From assembly GCA_017499595.2 (NCBI GenBank), contig CM039006.1, positions 3,038,001 through 3,102,000 of the forward strand: a stretch of DNA of 64,000 bases. Direction: 5' to 3'. The position numbers and the translations under genes are program-made. Numbering within the stretch: the first letter of the stretch is position 1; every line of letters begins with the position of its first letter. Positions 1 through 14,605 of this stretch are shown here, piece by piece. The notes beneath the pieces are model-generated. The model was not told the origin of the DNA. It saw nothing but the letters and a program-made list of their open reading frames with translations, and did not search any database. This stretch comes from Psilocybe cubensis (Eukaryota).

Positions 1-960
1 ATTATATAGATGTGTAAGTAGAAGATGAGCAAGTATCCAGGGACCGACTAAAACGTACGCGAGAAAGTACATTGCGGAGTCGCGAGAGAGAACAGCAATT
101 AACTGTTTGCCGTCCCGGAAGAACAGGAATCCATTGGTGTTGCCTATGTCACCCACTGGCTTCGCCATATAAATGCCGCGAGCAACGGCTAGGATGCAAA
201 GCAGCGCCTCGAAGCAAAATATAGGTATCCAGAAAGAGTACAAATTTCCTGGAGGCTCAAGTGGTATACACGTCAATCCGATGGGGGTCGAAATTGCCTC
301 AGCTAATTAAGATAATGTAATCAGCTCTTGTGTGTGTAATATTGAAGGGGTATGCATTCAACGAGATGTACAGTTCACCTTGGAGATTGTGCAGCGAGAT
401 TGCCATGATCACGGCAGATGCTGTTGCCGAAAGGACGAAACACGGTAAGAGGATGGATAGCACCCGCTTGTCTCGGAGATACATGGCATATACCCTTATT
501 TGGAGTATTCCTGGGGCATCGAGGTTACTGGATAGTGTGCGAAGTTCTGCGGGGTCAAGAGGGTGTAACGCACCTTCACACATCATGCTGATTGCTAGGC
601 CACTCCATCCTTGCCATTGGAAGTAACTCAGAGACAGCTGGTCGTGGGTTCATGACACCGTAATGTAACACAATCTTAAAATGTACGGTCAATATGTCCG
701 CACGTATCGCCGTACCTCGCCGTTTCATTATGTGTTAATCTAGGAATAGTATGACTATCAGCTGCCCTAGGTAGAGTAATATGGGTTTGTTCAGGGCATC
801 TTGAGTCTAATCGAGGCTTTTGATGATGGCTACAAGGTGTTCCATACTCATCCGCAGCAACCTAATATTAATCATTAACGTGGAATTTCTTACCATTAAG
901 GTAAGTTTATAGCGACATCAACGCAAAGGTAAATTAAAATTTCAGCAGTCTCGAGTAAAT
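1..960 (-). CDS. Multi-exon membrane protein, DUF6533-like agaricomycete family (partial, possibly degenerate; runs off the window start)
   Basis: Exons encoding ILQIRVYAMYLRDKRVLSILL and YSFWIPIFCFEALLCILAVARG are paralogous to the genes at 1148-2847 and 22250-23720. Boundaries are approximate. Confidence 0.5.
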
Positions 961-1147
961 ATTCTGCATTATGTTCAAGCTGTGCTCTATGAATGGGGAA
1001 AGGTGGACACCGTGTCGCTAATCAGTTTAGTTTTTATTCCAGCTCGACAATCGCGGTGATAGATTGGTTACAATGAGCATTGATACTCCAGGAACTGATA
1101 CCTTTGGATACATAATAATTTGTTATACTGTGCTCAACAATGGCCCG

Positions 1148-2847
1148 TTAAAACAAGCTTTCATTGTGGTTGGATGCGCTACGAATGTTGAGAACGAGCC
1201 GACACGAAATTACGCAAGGGAATGCAATGCAAAATCCCAACGTAGCCTGATCCATTTCGCTGAACTGTGTTGCGAAAAAAATATAAAGCTGCTAAGTAGC
1301 ATCATCAAGCAAAAGATATAGGACCTACCGGGAAAGCGAACCATATTGATATTGTTATCATATACGTTGCTGTAATACTAATTTAAATGAATTAACTGTA
1401 TCAGTAGATGTTTCAGTGACATACAAAGTAGATAGGACGTACATTATAAAATAGATCGCAGAGCCTCGATAAAGCATATCAACCAGCTGTCTCCCCGATA
1501 CGTACACCAATGAGCGTGGTCCATGCCGCACATTTGCAATGGACCTAGACATCTGCACTCCTTTGACCAACGCTAAGATGCACAGCAATATCTCAAAGAG
1601 GAATATTGGCGCCCAGAAAGCGGAGAGGTATTGTGTGGATTTGAGCGGGATGCAGGATAGTCCTATGGGAGTCGCGAAGCCGTCGGCTAACACAATTTGT
1701 TGGTTAGATGTGAGGTGAGGTGCAAGTGGAGTGGGAGAGGATGAGGGTACCTTTTAGTTGGATAAGAGAGAGTTCTATGATTGTACCGGATGCGGTGGAC
1801 GAAAGGAGGAAGAGGAGTATAAGGGTGATTAAGAGCTTCTTGTTGAAGTACATGGCGTATAACCTGATTTGGAGTACCCCTGTAATGTTCCAACGCGTTG
1901 GCGTAGAATCTGTGGCACTGTGAGAAATAATATACCAACCTTCGCTCAGCATACTAATTGCTAATGCGGTCCATGCTTGCCATTTAAAGTAGGCCAGGCC
2001 TGTGTGGTGGTGGTGAGTGGGCAAAACCATTCGAGATAAAATATTTTTGTACTTACAGCTGTAATGCGTGAAAAATAATCAAACTTAAGATTCTTGTAAC
2101 TGAGAAGGAACAGACCTCTATATACCAAGAGTAACTACATGTGTAACATTTATCTAAAAGTATTTACTTACCGTGGTACTGATTGATAAAGGAAATAACA
2201 CTGATTCGTCCAAGTGATTAGATGAGTTTGAAATGTCGGAGTAACGATGAACAACGCACTGTAGGTATTGAAGCTTTACGGCCGTATTTCAGAGTTGATA
2301 ATGGTATGTTATTGACTGAAAGGATCAAGGTTGACTCACGCTATGCACGCCAGCGCGTAGTACCGAATCTGCCCGTCAAATGCAAGTCAACTTGCCACCC
2401 GATTGAAATGATTTTTGAGTCCGACTCACTGATAGGAAAAGGACCTTTACCGTGGACCAGGGGCCACTCTATGAAACTGTTTACGCTGCCTGAAGATGTA
2501 GATGAAAGTAGGGCAGTTACCCATATGTATTGGACCTAATAGTCGAGTAAACACTTTGTCTAGCCAATGATGACCCAAGCTCACCTCCTGGTCAAACGTT
2601 ATAACTATCCATCGTCGTATCATGAGCTAGTACAAGGGCGCCGTGAGCTGGTATATAACACACTATGGTCAAATAAAATGATCGATTGTGCTGATACTAG
2701 AGAGGATGTCAACGTGGATGGATTCAGTGTCGCGTTGTATGTGCCATCCCTAAAGGCGGTAAAAAGTAACACAGACGTACAGTGAGCATATTTGGTAATT
2801 TGAAGATCACTTAGAAGAGTGAAAACAGATGTAACACTCTCCGCCAT
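1148..2847 (-). CDS. Multi-exon membrane protein, DUF6533-like family
   Basis: Starts MAESVTSVFTLLSDLQITKYAH, followed by exons SIILFDH, YFKWQAWTALAISMLSE, VLQIRLYAMYFNKKLL, FWAPIFLFEILLCILALVKG and GFCIAFPCVISCRLVLNIR, with stop TAA at 1148-1150. The family call is from motif recall only. Confidence 0.65.
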
Positions 2848-3590
2848 TTGTGAATGCGTCTGTCAGAGAAAGGGGAAACACAGTAAATGGCAAACTATGC
2901 GTCGTATAGGTTCCTGTATATATACAGTACCATGTAAGCTCCCATCTCACAAGAGTCTCATTGCATTGCATTCTGGGCTAAAATGCTCAGCTGGGATCTC
3001 ACTCAACACGGCGTGGATATGATGGAGATCAAGTTCTTTTTCATTTGTGGTATTCGTTCTAAACTAATGACCATCTTAGTACTAGAAGAAAAATCAGAAG
3101 AATCTGCCGGAGCAGAGCAGTGTCTTACAAGATTTCGATAGCGAATTCCTCTGATGGACGAGTATAGGCTGGGAGTGGACACGATAGTGGACAAACTTGT
3201 ACCACAGTACAATGTAGAGTACGGTGACTATCCATGTGCATTGTTAGGTATCCCATTTCACTATGTCGCACTTCTATTCCACCCCAAATCTACCTGCTAC
3301 ATTAGACTTGTACTAGCTTTAGACTGTCATTCCGTCCATCATATGTTCCACATCAACACTTCCTTAGCTATTCTAAATCTGATATCTCATCAATTTGATG
3401 TATGAACGGGTGCTGGAGCAGGAAGAGGAGCAACCATGGGTGATTGGGATGGGAGTATTAGTTGAGAAAGAGCGGTGAGAAAATACTTGGGTACTACCCT
3501 TGATTGTATGAGTAGCATCTGGTTGTCATTTAGGACCCGTGAACTCAGCTTTGAATTTGAGCAATTCTGTGACAATGCTGTGACAAACTA

Positions 3591-3915
3591 TGAGGCGTGG
3601 GAATCACATCACATGATGTTCCAGACTTAGCCGAACCCGAACTTTTTTGCGTCTTTTTCTCACTCTAGTTGAGAAAAACGCCTATTGAGGGTATAGTCAA
3701 GCAGTAATGGCGTTGGAAGTGCGTCGAGAAGGAAGGACTGGCACTGTGACCGTCTCACTCACGCATTGTTCCACTCTCTTTCGATCGGAACCCCTGCCCT
3801 ATCGGTCCTCATTGTAGTTTCTGCACCACGCGAGACGTCATTAGGAGTCCCGAAGCTTGATTGGAGGAGCCATTGGTAGTCTGAAGTTGTTGAAGGAACC
3901 AAGAGCCTCTCCTAT
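3591..3915 (+). repeat. Dispersed repeat, copy 1 of 3
   Basis: TGAGGCGTGGGAA..ATCACATGAT..AGACTTAGCCGAACC..TTTTTTGCGTCT..CACTCTAGT is shared with 7477-7830 and 21294-21480. Confidence 0.75.
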
Positions 3916-5199
3916 ACCAGAGAAAGGTGTGTACAGATCTCTCTTCCAATCTCTCCCACTGATCTTCTTCCTCCTTCTTGGCCCTCTCCATCCCCAACCC
4001 TCATCGACATATCCTTTACTCCTTCCACCCACGTATGCCCCATCTCACCCTTCTGTCCGCCCCATCTCACTCTTCCGCTGCCCTTACACATTCTAACGCA
4101 TGTGATATGCTGCATACCTCTCCGCTCTTGGTCCAACAATTCACAGGTCCATAGTCCATGTCCGCCTGCATTTCGGATACGGACAGCTTGCTTTGGCACC
4201 GCGTACACTCCCGAATAACCCTCGTCCAGTCATATCGTACATGCTGGTAGTCGTCCTTTGGTTTACAGAACCCAACATCTTTAAATGTTGGAACCATCTG
4301 CATCGATAGGGAGACTGATTCGGTTACAAGTGGTGCATGTTCCTTTATCTCCTTCACTCATCCCGTAATAACATAAAATGCTTTAGAACAGCAAACCACA
4401 TCCGGTCATGTTGTGAACACTGCAGATATGATGTCTGGGTAAGTCAGTTACGCTGGTTGGGCAAGGTTTAATGCGCAGCAAGGCCATAGCGAAGAAGGAA
4501 AGACATATCGTCATCCGAACACTGCCATCCATTCGCATCGAGTAGGAAACTTCAGCAAGACATATGTAGTGGGATCTTTTACCAGCGTCGAGCGGCAGGA
4601 GTTAGAACCGCATATACCCTATGCAAGGTTCAACGACGATGGCTAGGTGAGTTGTGTTATATCTGTTTCTCGAGTTTCACGGTAAAGAGAAAGAAATAGG
4701 AAGCAGTGTGAAGGACATATCATAGCCCTACACTGCCTTTATCTTGGTATCTCCTGCAGAATATCTATACTGCGACCCTTTACCAGCATAGTCCTGACCT
4801 CTCACGCATCTCCGGATTAGAAGTTTGAAGCTAAGACAATAACTGGTAACAGTATCAACGTGAAGCAACAATCTGTGGGCGCGACAGCTGAAGCTTGAAG
4901 GCGAACGGTCGATGGGCAGGGGACTCTGATATATGCGTCAACGGTAATCATATTGCTTCGAACCATGCAGATAGTACGTGGAGCGAGATCAGAAGATGAT
5001 CGGTGAGCGCTGATCAGCAGCGGAGCATGATGACACTTGTGATGCGAACAAGATTGTCGAGCGTACTCCTCCAATTCGTGTATTAGAACCTTCCCACCCT
5101 ATACCTCCTTGTTTTCTACATCTTGTGTTATTGATGGAAAAGGTATATATGTATCCAGCATCGCAAGCTATCTCTCTATTGCCCCTACGCCTTCCTCAT

Positions 5200-5915
5200 T
5201 AGCCACGGCAGTATTGATAGGATGTAGCCAGTCTGCAGCTTTGAACTCGAATATGCTCTATAGCTTCCTGATGGGTAAGCACTTTCACAATATGCAGCGA
5301 GTTGGGAAATTAATACTGACTAAACTTAATTTTGGTAGGAATACAAACCGCGGTCTATCTTGCGACAATTTTTCTCAACAGTAGGTTTCTAACATGTTTA
5401 TTGGGTGGGCGAAGATAACGAAAAGAGATATGTGTATTCACTTTCCAAAATTTCAGGAAATTTTCGTTCAAAGGTGGTCATCACCTCGATTTCATCTTTA
5501 TACATTGTATCGTTGTTGGGGTTATTCTCTTATGCATCTATGCAAAGCGACAAATATCCACCAGTAATAATGAAGATCACCAATTTCTGTGCATTTTTTT
5601 CTGCACTCATTCTGGCGGACATATTGTTAGTGCGTATGGAACAACACACAGTTAGCGCCTTGATTAATGAAGAGAACAGCTCGTTTCAGTCTTACTTCCT
5701 CAGGCATACTCAGTAAACCGAACATCGTCTTTGGTGACACCAAAATGTGCGTGTGGCAGCAAGCCAATTTTTATGCTGAGATTTTGGTGGCTTTTACTGC
5801 AGTGCGTAACATGTCTGTTTATTTGTTGGGAAGGGCTATACTAACTGGTTTGGAGTGTACAGGGAATGTCTCCTATGATTCTTGTTGCTCGGATAACAGC
5901 TTCGCGCACGAATGA
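5200..5915 (+). pseudogene. Degenerate membrane-protein paralogue of the 'WRCYHVWG' family
   Basis: ALNSNMLYSFLMG|gtaagc and FSALILADILL match the exons of 6160-7211 and 19203-20447. The reading frames appear disrupted. Confidence 0.45.
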
Positions 5916-6159
5916 TTCGGATGTGTGCTCACTTACCAACACTTCGATTTTACATCCGAATAACAGAACTCAGGGGTCAGGGAGTGCTGAGATACAGACA
6001 GTTGATGTTTCGGATCTTCAGGCTAACGTTGCTTTGCCACCCGACATCCTGCCGTCGCCGACCCGATTACTCACTCAGGGAGTTACTGAATCAATGTGGG
6101 GTTTGGACGCCAACGCTAATTTCCTGCTCCTGACTTTGTCCCTGAAAGGCGAGGACGGA

Positions 6160-7211
6160 TAGATTGGTGAGTGAGGATACGATTGATATGTTTGCTTCAG
6201 CAACGACAACTCTCGCCACCAGGATGGTAGATGCCATTCCCTGTCATTATTTCGTCAGGTCATGAAAGAACTTAATCAAGTAACGTACGGTTACAAATAT
6301 GAGCAGCTCGGCCATGAATGTTTGCATAGCTGTGGTAATGGTCACCATATACAGTATCAGAGTGAGTATATAAGCGACTGCGGAGTCTGTTAAGACTCTC
6401 GGAAGATGGGAGAGGCGACCCTTTAACTTTTTGCTGGTTGCGGGAACATCATCGCCATTGATAAGAGGTTCAGGCACTACAACTCTGTAGAGTTTGTATT
6501 GGATCATTCCAAATGAGATGAAGGTGGTAAAAAGAGAGAAAAGGAGTGAGAGGATAATGAATGGCATGTTGGATTCGACGGCCACGGATAGGAAAGAGAA
6601 AACTGGAGGTATGTATATGTCAATTTCCCATTGACTCGGGTGTTGGAAGGTAGAACTTACTACACTGAAGAAAGTATACTGCTAACGGTGCTATTATATT
6701 ACGCATAGAAGCACCCCATACATGGTAACATCTCCATAACTATAATAATTGCGTTAAGGTTATAAGTATCAGCTGGAGTACAAATTATCTTACCATTAAT
6801 CCATCCCCTACCATTAAAATAGCAAAAAATAGAGCAATAGTAATCACTGGTCCTGTAATGTCGGTATCGCAGATGTCACTCTGCAAAGAAATCCACTGTT
6901 CGACCAGTATGACGACACTCATGGTGTACATCGCACCAATGGCCAGTAAAACGGTATTATGTCTGCATGTTCATTTTAGTGGTTGAACATTTTTTTAAAA
7001 AAGTATTCATACTTTGAAATAGAGCGACTGGACCTGCTGTACAGAAACATCGTGCCAGCGTAGCACGAAGTGTATAACCCTGAGTGCATTAATAATGTAA
7101 ATTCGATGGTTGTCCGGGAGTATGTTGTTTTACCGACTCACCGACTAGAAAAGAGTTGAATATAACAGAGCTAAGGTTTATGTTTGCAAATAGTGGATTG
7201 AGTTCAGACAT
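6160..7211 (-). CDS. Multi-exon, multi-pass membrane protein (agaricomycete 'WRCYHVWG' family); 3' end approximate
   Basis: ATG at 7211 (MSELNPLFANINLSSVIFNSFLVG), then exons ILMVGDGLM, LWRCYHVWGAS and VLTDSAVAYILTL, separated by GT-AG introns. Confidence 0.6.
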
Positions 7212-7476
7212 TGCCGGTGGATGAGCAAAGGGAAAGCGAAGGCTTTGGCTAAAGGCCCGATATATATTTCATCGGATACATGATGTTTGTTGTCCTTTCC
7301 TCTGACAACGCGACCCCTTACGACCCTAAAGATTTAAACGTCATTAATTTTTAGATTTACAAGCTGATAATATGGGAACCAACATTCTTTGTTGGTTGGT
7401 TAATATCAGAGTTGATCTGGTGGAGCACGACTGATAAAAGTCAAGTTTCAGGGCAATCAACGCGCCAGTGAGGTGA

Positions 7477-7830
7477 TGAGGCGTGGGAACCTCATCACAT
7501 GATGTTCTAGACTTAGCCGAACCTTGCCCGAACTTTTTTTGCGTCTCTTTTCTCACTCTAGTTCAGAAAAAACGGCTATTGAAAGTATATTCAACCAGTT
7601 ATGGCGTCACAGTCGCATTTAAGATGAAGGTCTGACTTCGTGACTGCGTCATTCAACCGTTTTTTCACTCTCTTTTTAGGGTAACCCTCTACTTTTCATT
7701 CTTGATTACAGTTCCTGCACCACGCGAGGCGTCATTGAGAGTCCCAAAGCTTCATTGAAGGAGGTCTTGGTGGTCTGTATTTGCTGGAAAGCCACTCACA
7801 TATCAGAGAAAGGTGCGCACAGATGTGATT
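7477..7830 (+). repeat. Dispersed repeat, copy 2 of 3
   Basis: Aligns with 3591-3915, including CTGCACCACGCGAG.CGTCATT and CAGAGAAAGGTG. Confidence 0.75.
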
Positions 7831-7940
7831 CGAGTCATGGTGGTGCTCAAGTCCACCATGATCCTTCGCTGTCCCAGCCCTATAGTGTGCTTTCCAATTG
7901 TTAGAATTGAAGTTATTGGTAATATACATATCCAAGACAT

Positions 7941-10900
7941 TGTGTTATCATTTTTGTCCCTCTTCTTACCGCCCAGCTGTCGATGTTGATCAAAAAGACG
8001 TGAACACGAAGTGCCGAAAGGCCGTTCGCAGCAATATGTCCCACGGTCACTGTGCGTCGTGATTATCTCGGAGATTTTAGCTCAATGAAAATCAAAGGGT
8101 TATCTGATCTCTTATCTTGCTCTGGGACGACGTCGCCTTTATGCTATCCCACCTACATCATGACAGTGTTAAAAGATACTCAAACTTATCAAGATATTCA
8201 GTGTCTCCCAAGGTATTTGTATACTTTTTCATTTTCTCAGATACTAACTACTTTCTGGTGGCTAGCATCAAACCGAGGTACTCCCCCCCTAGAGCCTCCT
8301 ATGGCCCTTGGGTAGGCCTCATCACCTGGAAGGTGACACCCCCCTCCTTCTTTCGGTGACGCTCACGCTTGTCTATCACCAGACGCCCCTGTGAGAATCC
8401 GTCAGCGAGACAGCGCGGTCGCGCTGGCTGCACCTGCGGCCTCACTGCGGGCTTCAGGGTCGCCGCAACCCTGCCTTCTCCCCTTTGGTTCCGAGGAACC
8501 TTGGTCTGCGCAGGGTCCTGTTGAGACCCTGTTCTCGGGCGTTTGGCCGTAGAGGTGGATTCGCGCCTGCATCATAGATGGAAGGGAGGAGATAGACTGT
8601 TAGACATTGAGAGGATTGGGAAAAGATGCGTTTGTACATACCTATCTCGGTCTACCCTCGACAGCCTCCGCTTCCTGGTGTGTCTGGAAGCGTTGGTGAC
8701 TCGGCTAATTTTTTAAGACACAGTCAGTTCTGCTGACGCTACGTGAAGGGAAGACCCTTACCTGTCGCCACCCTTCGTCGTTGAGGGATGGCCGACCATC
8801 CTGAAAATTGGCAAAACACATCATATCAATTCCACTCTGAAGATGAGAAAAGAAAACAGGTTATCATACCCTCCATCAGTGTGTCCATGCCTAGCAAGAG
8901 ACTCGACGGGGTCAGCCCCGGAGTTCTCTTCGCGGTTCAAATCCATCTGCATGGATTCTGTATAACTTTTTTTCTTTTCTCCGGCGCTGGAGTGCGAATA
9001 GCTGTCCAACGCTCTCTGCCATTCAAAAGGTGTCGTCGTATGCGGTACCTCGGATACTGTAACCTTTGTTTCAGCGATCTTCGGCATTAGAAAAATCTGG
9101 GAGCATAACTAACCACGAGCTTTCAGAGCCCCCAGACCCCTATCATTGACGTGCATTGGCACACGAGTACTTGGCTCAGGTGTACTGCACCAGTTTCCTC
9201 GATGAGCAATGTCGATGTATTGACATTGCTGTGCAGCTTCTTGGACATCTCCCCATGAAGATACTTTGGGGGTCAAATGATAATCTGCAAGCCTGACCAC
9301 CAATATTCATTAGTTTAAATTTATATCCTGTTGCAAACTCGGACGTACCTATTATCCTGGCTTCCAGATGTATCCGTCCACTGATTAGTCGTTGGTTGAG
9401 ATTGGTATCCGCCTAACGATGCCTCGAGGGAGGTGGATGGGTGGCCTGAAGCCCTGAAGAAATTCCCAGAGATGTCGGTGGGTTGTAGAAACAATGTACT
9501 GTCGTCTGGCGCATATGACGAATTCACATCTATAGAGGGGAACGTCGCTAGCGACGATCCCGAAAATACTGCTCAGGAGTGTATTGTTAGCTTGAAGTCG
9601 CGAGCGTGGAGTACCTCAGTTCTTACAGTGAACATTTTCAAATGGTTGAGAAGAATAAGATGGAGACGGGACCGTTGCAGACTCCTGGCGAAGTCGAATG
9701 TGTGATGAAGATGCTGTCGGTTGAGCACACTCTTGCGGAGAAGACTGAACAACTGAGTTGTAAAATGGTGTGTCTGACTGGGGGGCGGATCGGTATCCTT
9801 GGTTTGTCCCGGCATGCACATTTGACGTCCAAGTGAAGCTTTCTGCTTAATTTACAGTCAGCGTCAAATTTCGAATGTAGATTATCCCGTATCTTACTAT
9901 GCATATTGGCCGGACTTGGAAAAGAAGAGGATGAGGATGATGCGATATGCTCGACGGGCATATCGAAGTCGCTTGAAAATGAGCGCACGGTGTTTGCATG
10001 GCTGCCGACGCTTTCCCAAAGACCATCTCTCAGTGGATAGCCTTCCAGCAATGGTTGGGTATTCTCTAAGCACCGATTGAAGAATCGATAAGAAATTCAA
10101 CTTTATTAGAGGGGAGTGTACTCACCGTCCCATAGCTCAGAGAACAACGGATCATAGCCCAACTGAGGATAATCAAGAAAGCCAAAATCGTACGTATTGG
10201 TGGAATCCATTTGTGTGTTGGGTACTGGATTGGGGTAGCGATGTAGATGTGGGAGGGGGGAGAAAATGGTTTTTCACAAATCGAACAATGAACGGGTATT
10301 TCTCATGTTTTCGGCCCTTGTAAGGCTAGTGTACAATGAACTCTCCAACTCCTCGCCGTGTGTAAAATGACTCACCTCTTTTAGGAAAAAAAATAATCTT
10401 CCTTCCTGTGCATACACACAATCGGCGTGGTCCTACGCTTACAGCCGCATCATTTCCATGACGTGCCCAGAGAAATGACCCTTCATCCACCTCGTGTTCT
10501 GTTTCCACCACAGTGATTGGTTAATATGATATTTCTCACAGGTCTATTTTTAATGAATCACAGCAGGTTACATCGAGGTCAATATTCCTGCCTCGCGTTT
10601 AACCTATTAGTTGGACCTTAAATCATTTAAACGGAGGATAAGTGAGAGGAAGACGGGACACCCTCCATACGCATGTGTTCATTAACAATAATGAATATGA
10701 TGCAAAGAAACACTGGAAAAAGGTTCGAAACAGCTTTAAACGACTTACTTTCCCATCGCTTCCCAGTGTAGCCCAGAAGGTCCATCCATATACATGTGTT
10801 CATTAACAATATACACTCAGTGCACCTGGAATGATTTGGGAGAAAACTGCAGGTGATTCAGGGTATAAGAGACATATAGCATCAGGTGTATCCGTGCCAC

Positions 10901-11087
10901 CGTCGTAGGGTTATATTCTCATGAGTACTCACTCTCTTAATCTATCCTGCTACCCAGTAGTTAACATATGCAAGCAACCGTTATTATTTAACCATAGCAC
11001 ACATGAACAGCCGTCGATAACCCAACAATCTCTCCTTTCTCACTTGAGCGGGGTCAGGAGAGGCGAGGAGCATTACAGAACATGTCC
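7941..11087 (+). repeat. Inverted duplication block A (partner 44020-47232)
   Basis: Continuous reverse-complement similarity. Matching ORF-track peptides include MLMNTCIWMDLLGY (10627-10809 minus vs 44281-44463 plus) and MPKIAETKVT. Confidence 0.9.
8299..10210 (-). CDS. Lineage-specific multi-exon gene of unknown function, possibly a pseudogene; 3' end approximate
   Basis: ATG at 10210 (MDSTNTYDFGFLDY), then GG|gtgagt and further splice sites conserved with the copy at 44881. A TAA occurs near 8714 where the partner copy has TGC. Confidence 0.45.
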
Positions 11088-13385
11088 CATCGTTCCTTCC
11101 ACACGACCGCTGACGTATGATTCACTACACGTCCCGCTATCCTACATCGTATGTATCCCCTCTCAACCTTCCATCGACCTCCCAAAGCCAAGCCAATTGC
11201 AGGTGTGAGAACAAGCTACTGGAAAAAGGTAGTCGCGACAGGCGTTGTGGGTCTGATGGATGAAACAGACAAGCTGTGAGAGGAACTGCATGTTGCTGAT
11301 GTGTCTGAGATCAGCATGGTCGAAAGCTCGAAAGAGGTCACCCAAGTATCAGCACGAATAAAAAGAGCGAGACTACATCTTACGAGAGCCCCAAGAGTTT
11401 ATAAGGAACTGAACACAAAGTAGTCCCCACAGATCGAAGTACGCGCCGCAGGCGCATATATGTATCCAGGGTTACCGATGAACGTACACAAATGTGGAAT
11501 ATAAGTGTCAGCATTACCAGCATAATATCCGTGTGTCTCCTAAGCAGAACCTTTATAAGCAGCAGCGATAAAAAAAGCTGAGAAGTTGAATCATAGCATC
11601 GAGCCAGCCGTCTATCGGTCCATTGATTAGCGCTACAAACGGCACAAACCCCAGATTATGGCCTCCGTGTGACATCTTGACCCCCAAGGATTTGCACCAG
11701 GAGTATTCCAAAGCCACGCAGAAGAGCATGAACGCATACAGAGCAAGTAAAGACACTCTGCGCCTTTTCATCGAGAATTTTGTTACAGATTGATTGATCA
11801 GGAGACAAACTATCCGAATGTGCAGTTTACACGGTTTATTTGGGCAGGTGTGGAACAGATGGATTTAAGCGTCAGCGTCGGTGTACCCAGGACTGTCAGC
11901 TTGCGTGACAATTTTCGCGCGCATATAGCAAAGGAAACGGGGGCGGGTCGTCAGCCAGGGAGAATAAATTGAAGCTATGAGTAGTAAGGATGGAGATGAC
12001 ACAAAAAATACTGGAAAAAGACTCGAAAAGCTTTGAACGACTTACTTTCGCATCGTTTCCCAATGTCGCCCAGAAGGTACCCCCACGCACATACGCACGC
12101 ACCACAATCACCATTTTACAACACGATTTCCCTCCTTTATCAATACCTGCAGCTGTTCGGTCGACGCTAGATTGTTTCAGTCTATGTTCCGTGCCTTCGT
12201 CGTGAGCGTTATTGAACGAGCAGGTGGTGCAGGAAGAGTGTTGCTTTATTTGGTCTTGTTGTTTTGGGGATGGGGAATGAGATTGGCCGGGAAAAGCCGG
12301 GAACAAGATTCAGGGGCTCGTCGAGTTGGAGGTCACCGGTCAACTTGAACTGACAAGACTATGACATATTGCTCAATATAAATTCTTACACTTTCCACAA
12401 AATTCCGAGTTATAAAATATAATAAATGTAATACATCAACAACATTGTTAGTAATCTACAAGTCGTCCGCTATTTGCTCTCCTCTTGGATGTACCTCCAT
12501 AGCATTTCTGACTGCTCGGCGTGGAGAATGTCACTGGGAAGAACAGATATTAGCAAAAAAAATATAGATGATGTCAGCGGCCGAATACTCCGTTTACGGC
12601 TCGTACAATTGGCATGTATGACATTTCTCTGCAATCTACTCTGGCGAACAGCCTCTCTCAATTGCCCTGGATAGATGCCATCCAAAACCCGCATTAATTC
12701 CATTTGCGATAGGAATTACTGCTGCTCAAACATTGAGATAATGCAGCGTTGAATAATCAAATTTATATATGAAGCAAAAGAAAACATACCCTGATGCTTC
12801 TGATAGTCAGAGAAGAAGAGAAGAGTGTAGCAATAGACAGATAAGACAATGTGTTTGAGTCTGCGTGAGTCGAAGCATGGCGGTCACCGTGGATCGCATT
12901 GTTTTCTGCCACAATAGCTTTGGTGAAGACTGAAGAGTTGTGTAAAGCATTGGGGTGTTGGGATCTACGCAACGGTAACGTGTATGTATAAGTAATGCAA
13001 AGTGACAAAGTCTCTTTGTTTCCTATGGAGGCTGCGGAGATCCATTTGCTGCACAAAAATCCTTTTATTCGCTTACAATAAAACATTATCATGCAGAACC
13101 TTTTGATTGATCATAATCTCCAAAGAAATATGTGATTCTCCTGATTATCCCATGCGCCATTCACGACAGAGGTCACTATCATGTGTTATTTGCGCTTCGA
13201 TTCTCGCTATCTCTTTGACTGACTAACGATCTAAACGTTTTTTTACAAAGGCAATGTCAATCGCCTTTTGGACGCTATCCGGCAACAAAATTGACTCTGA
13301 AACGTATCCTACCTTTGTTTCTTAAGCAATCCATCCGATTCCTTTGTCTTACGTCTTGCTGGCGTTGTCAAATTTGGTTGAAGAC

Positions 13386-14605
13386 CGAACAAAGGACAAG
13401 TCGATTTCAATCTCCTCTCGAAACCACTCTGATCGTGAGTTCTTCCTTTTCTCACGCTCTCGTCCCTTTGTGTTCAATCGTTCAGACTCCATGGGCACTC
13501 TTGGATTATTGCTTATCTGAGATTCGCATTCGCTACAGGCCAATCCTGGGAGACGAGGATTCGGTGACGTAGCATGGCATGGTTAGAGGTGCGTAAGTCG
13601 ACGCTATCTCATTTTTGGCACCACATGATGATTCCACATTACTTTCTGCCGCTTTGTCCCCTTCGACCACCTTCTCTTCCTCATTCTAATCCCTGGACGA
13701 CAACTCAAGAAGAATGGCGCTTACAAATCAAGTCATCGACCATTTGTCCACGAACAGGGGACATACGTCAGGAGTTGGATGAGGGGACACGCTGTTGGTA
13801 AGGCATTACTTTCAGTCCCCCTTCCACTATCAAATTCCGAGGCGGCTCACGCACAGGAATGGTATCTCTCTTTTCACGCATTCCCCTTCTTTACTACTGC
13901 CTACACTTCCCATTGAGCCATTCTCCGCGTCATCAATGCTGCTTTCACTCCACTAAATCGACCCCCTCCTCCAGGCCTCCAGACCTTTCGATTACCTTCC
14001 TGCCAGGGTACAGCCTCCCTATTCAAAATCCTGGCTTCTAAGTTGGGCCGAAGGCACCGTTCCCGACCTTTCCTTGACGTTGATGCGCACCCACCTCTAG
14101 CCGATGTATCGTAAACTCGCACCCGCAACGTATAAACATAGTGAAAACTGACAGGAGATTGGCGGTACATTGCGGAACGGTTAGAGGTGCGTAATTGCTA
14201 CTGTATCTGCATCTCGGACTCCTAATGATTCGTTTTTTCACCAGATTCCCGCTCAGTGCTCACTTTCACCCACCGTCGGCTACCGCTCCGTCACCATGAA
14301 ACGATTCGGTAACATCCCACCGGCTGAAACCGAGCACAGAAACGAGTGTGAGGCATCTAATCACCAAAAGGACGGGGAGAATACACCTTTGTAAGTGTAC
14401 TGTATTCCTGTAATCTTCTCGCACAATACAATGGGTTCTGTAGAACTATCCTCTCAATATCACTTCCACCCGCTTCCCATATTACTAGTTCACGCTTTAG
14501 CAATGAAAGGTTTTGGTACGTCGCATGGAGCCGCTCCAATTTCACATTAATATCTCCCCGGGGCCCAGAGGCAATCTCACTCCCGCACATAATCGCCCCG
14601 CCTCT
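13386..14605 (+). repeat. Inverted duplication block B (partner 42717-43967)
   Basis: Reverse-complement match. Peptides such as MAWLEVRKS and STKSTPSSRPPDLSITFL appear in both copies. Confidence 0.9.

Noticed and set aside
10660-12310. Possible decayed coding sequence with a short internal duplication (10715-10780 vs 12012-12078)
   Set aside because: The similarity is real, but frames are broken and I could not assign a family.
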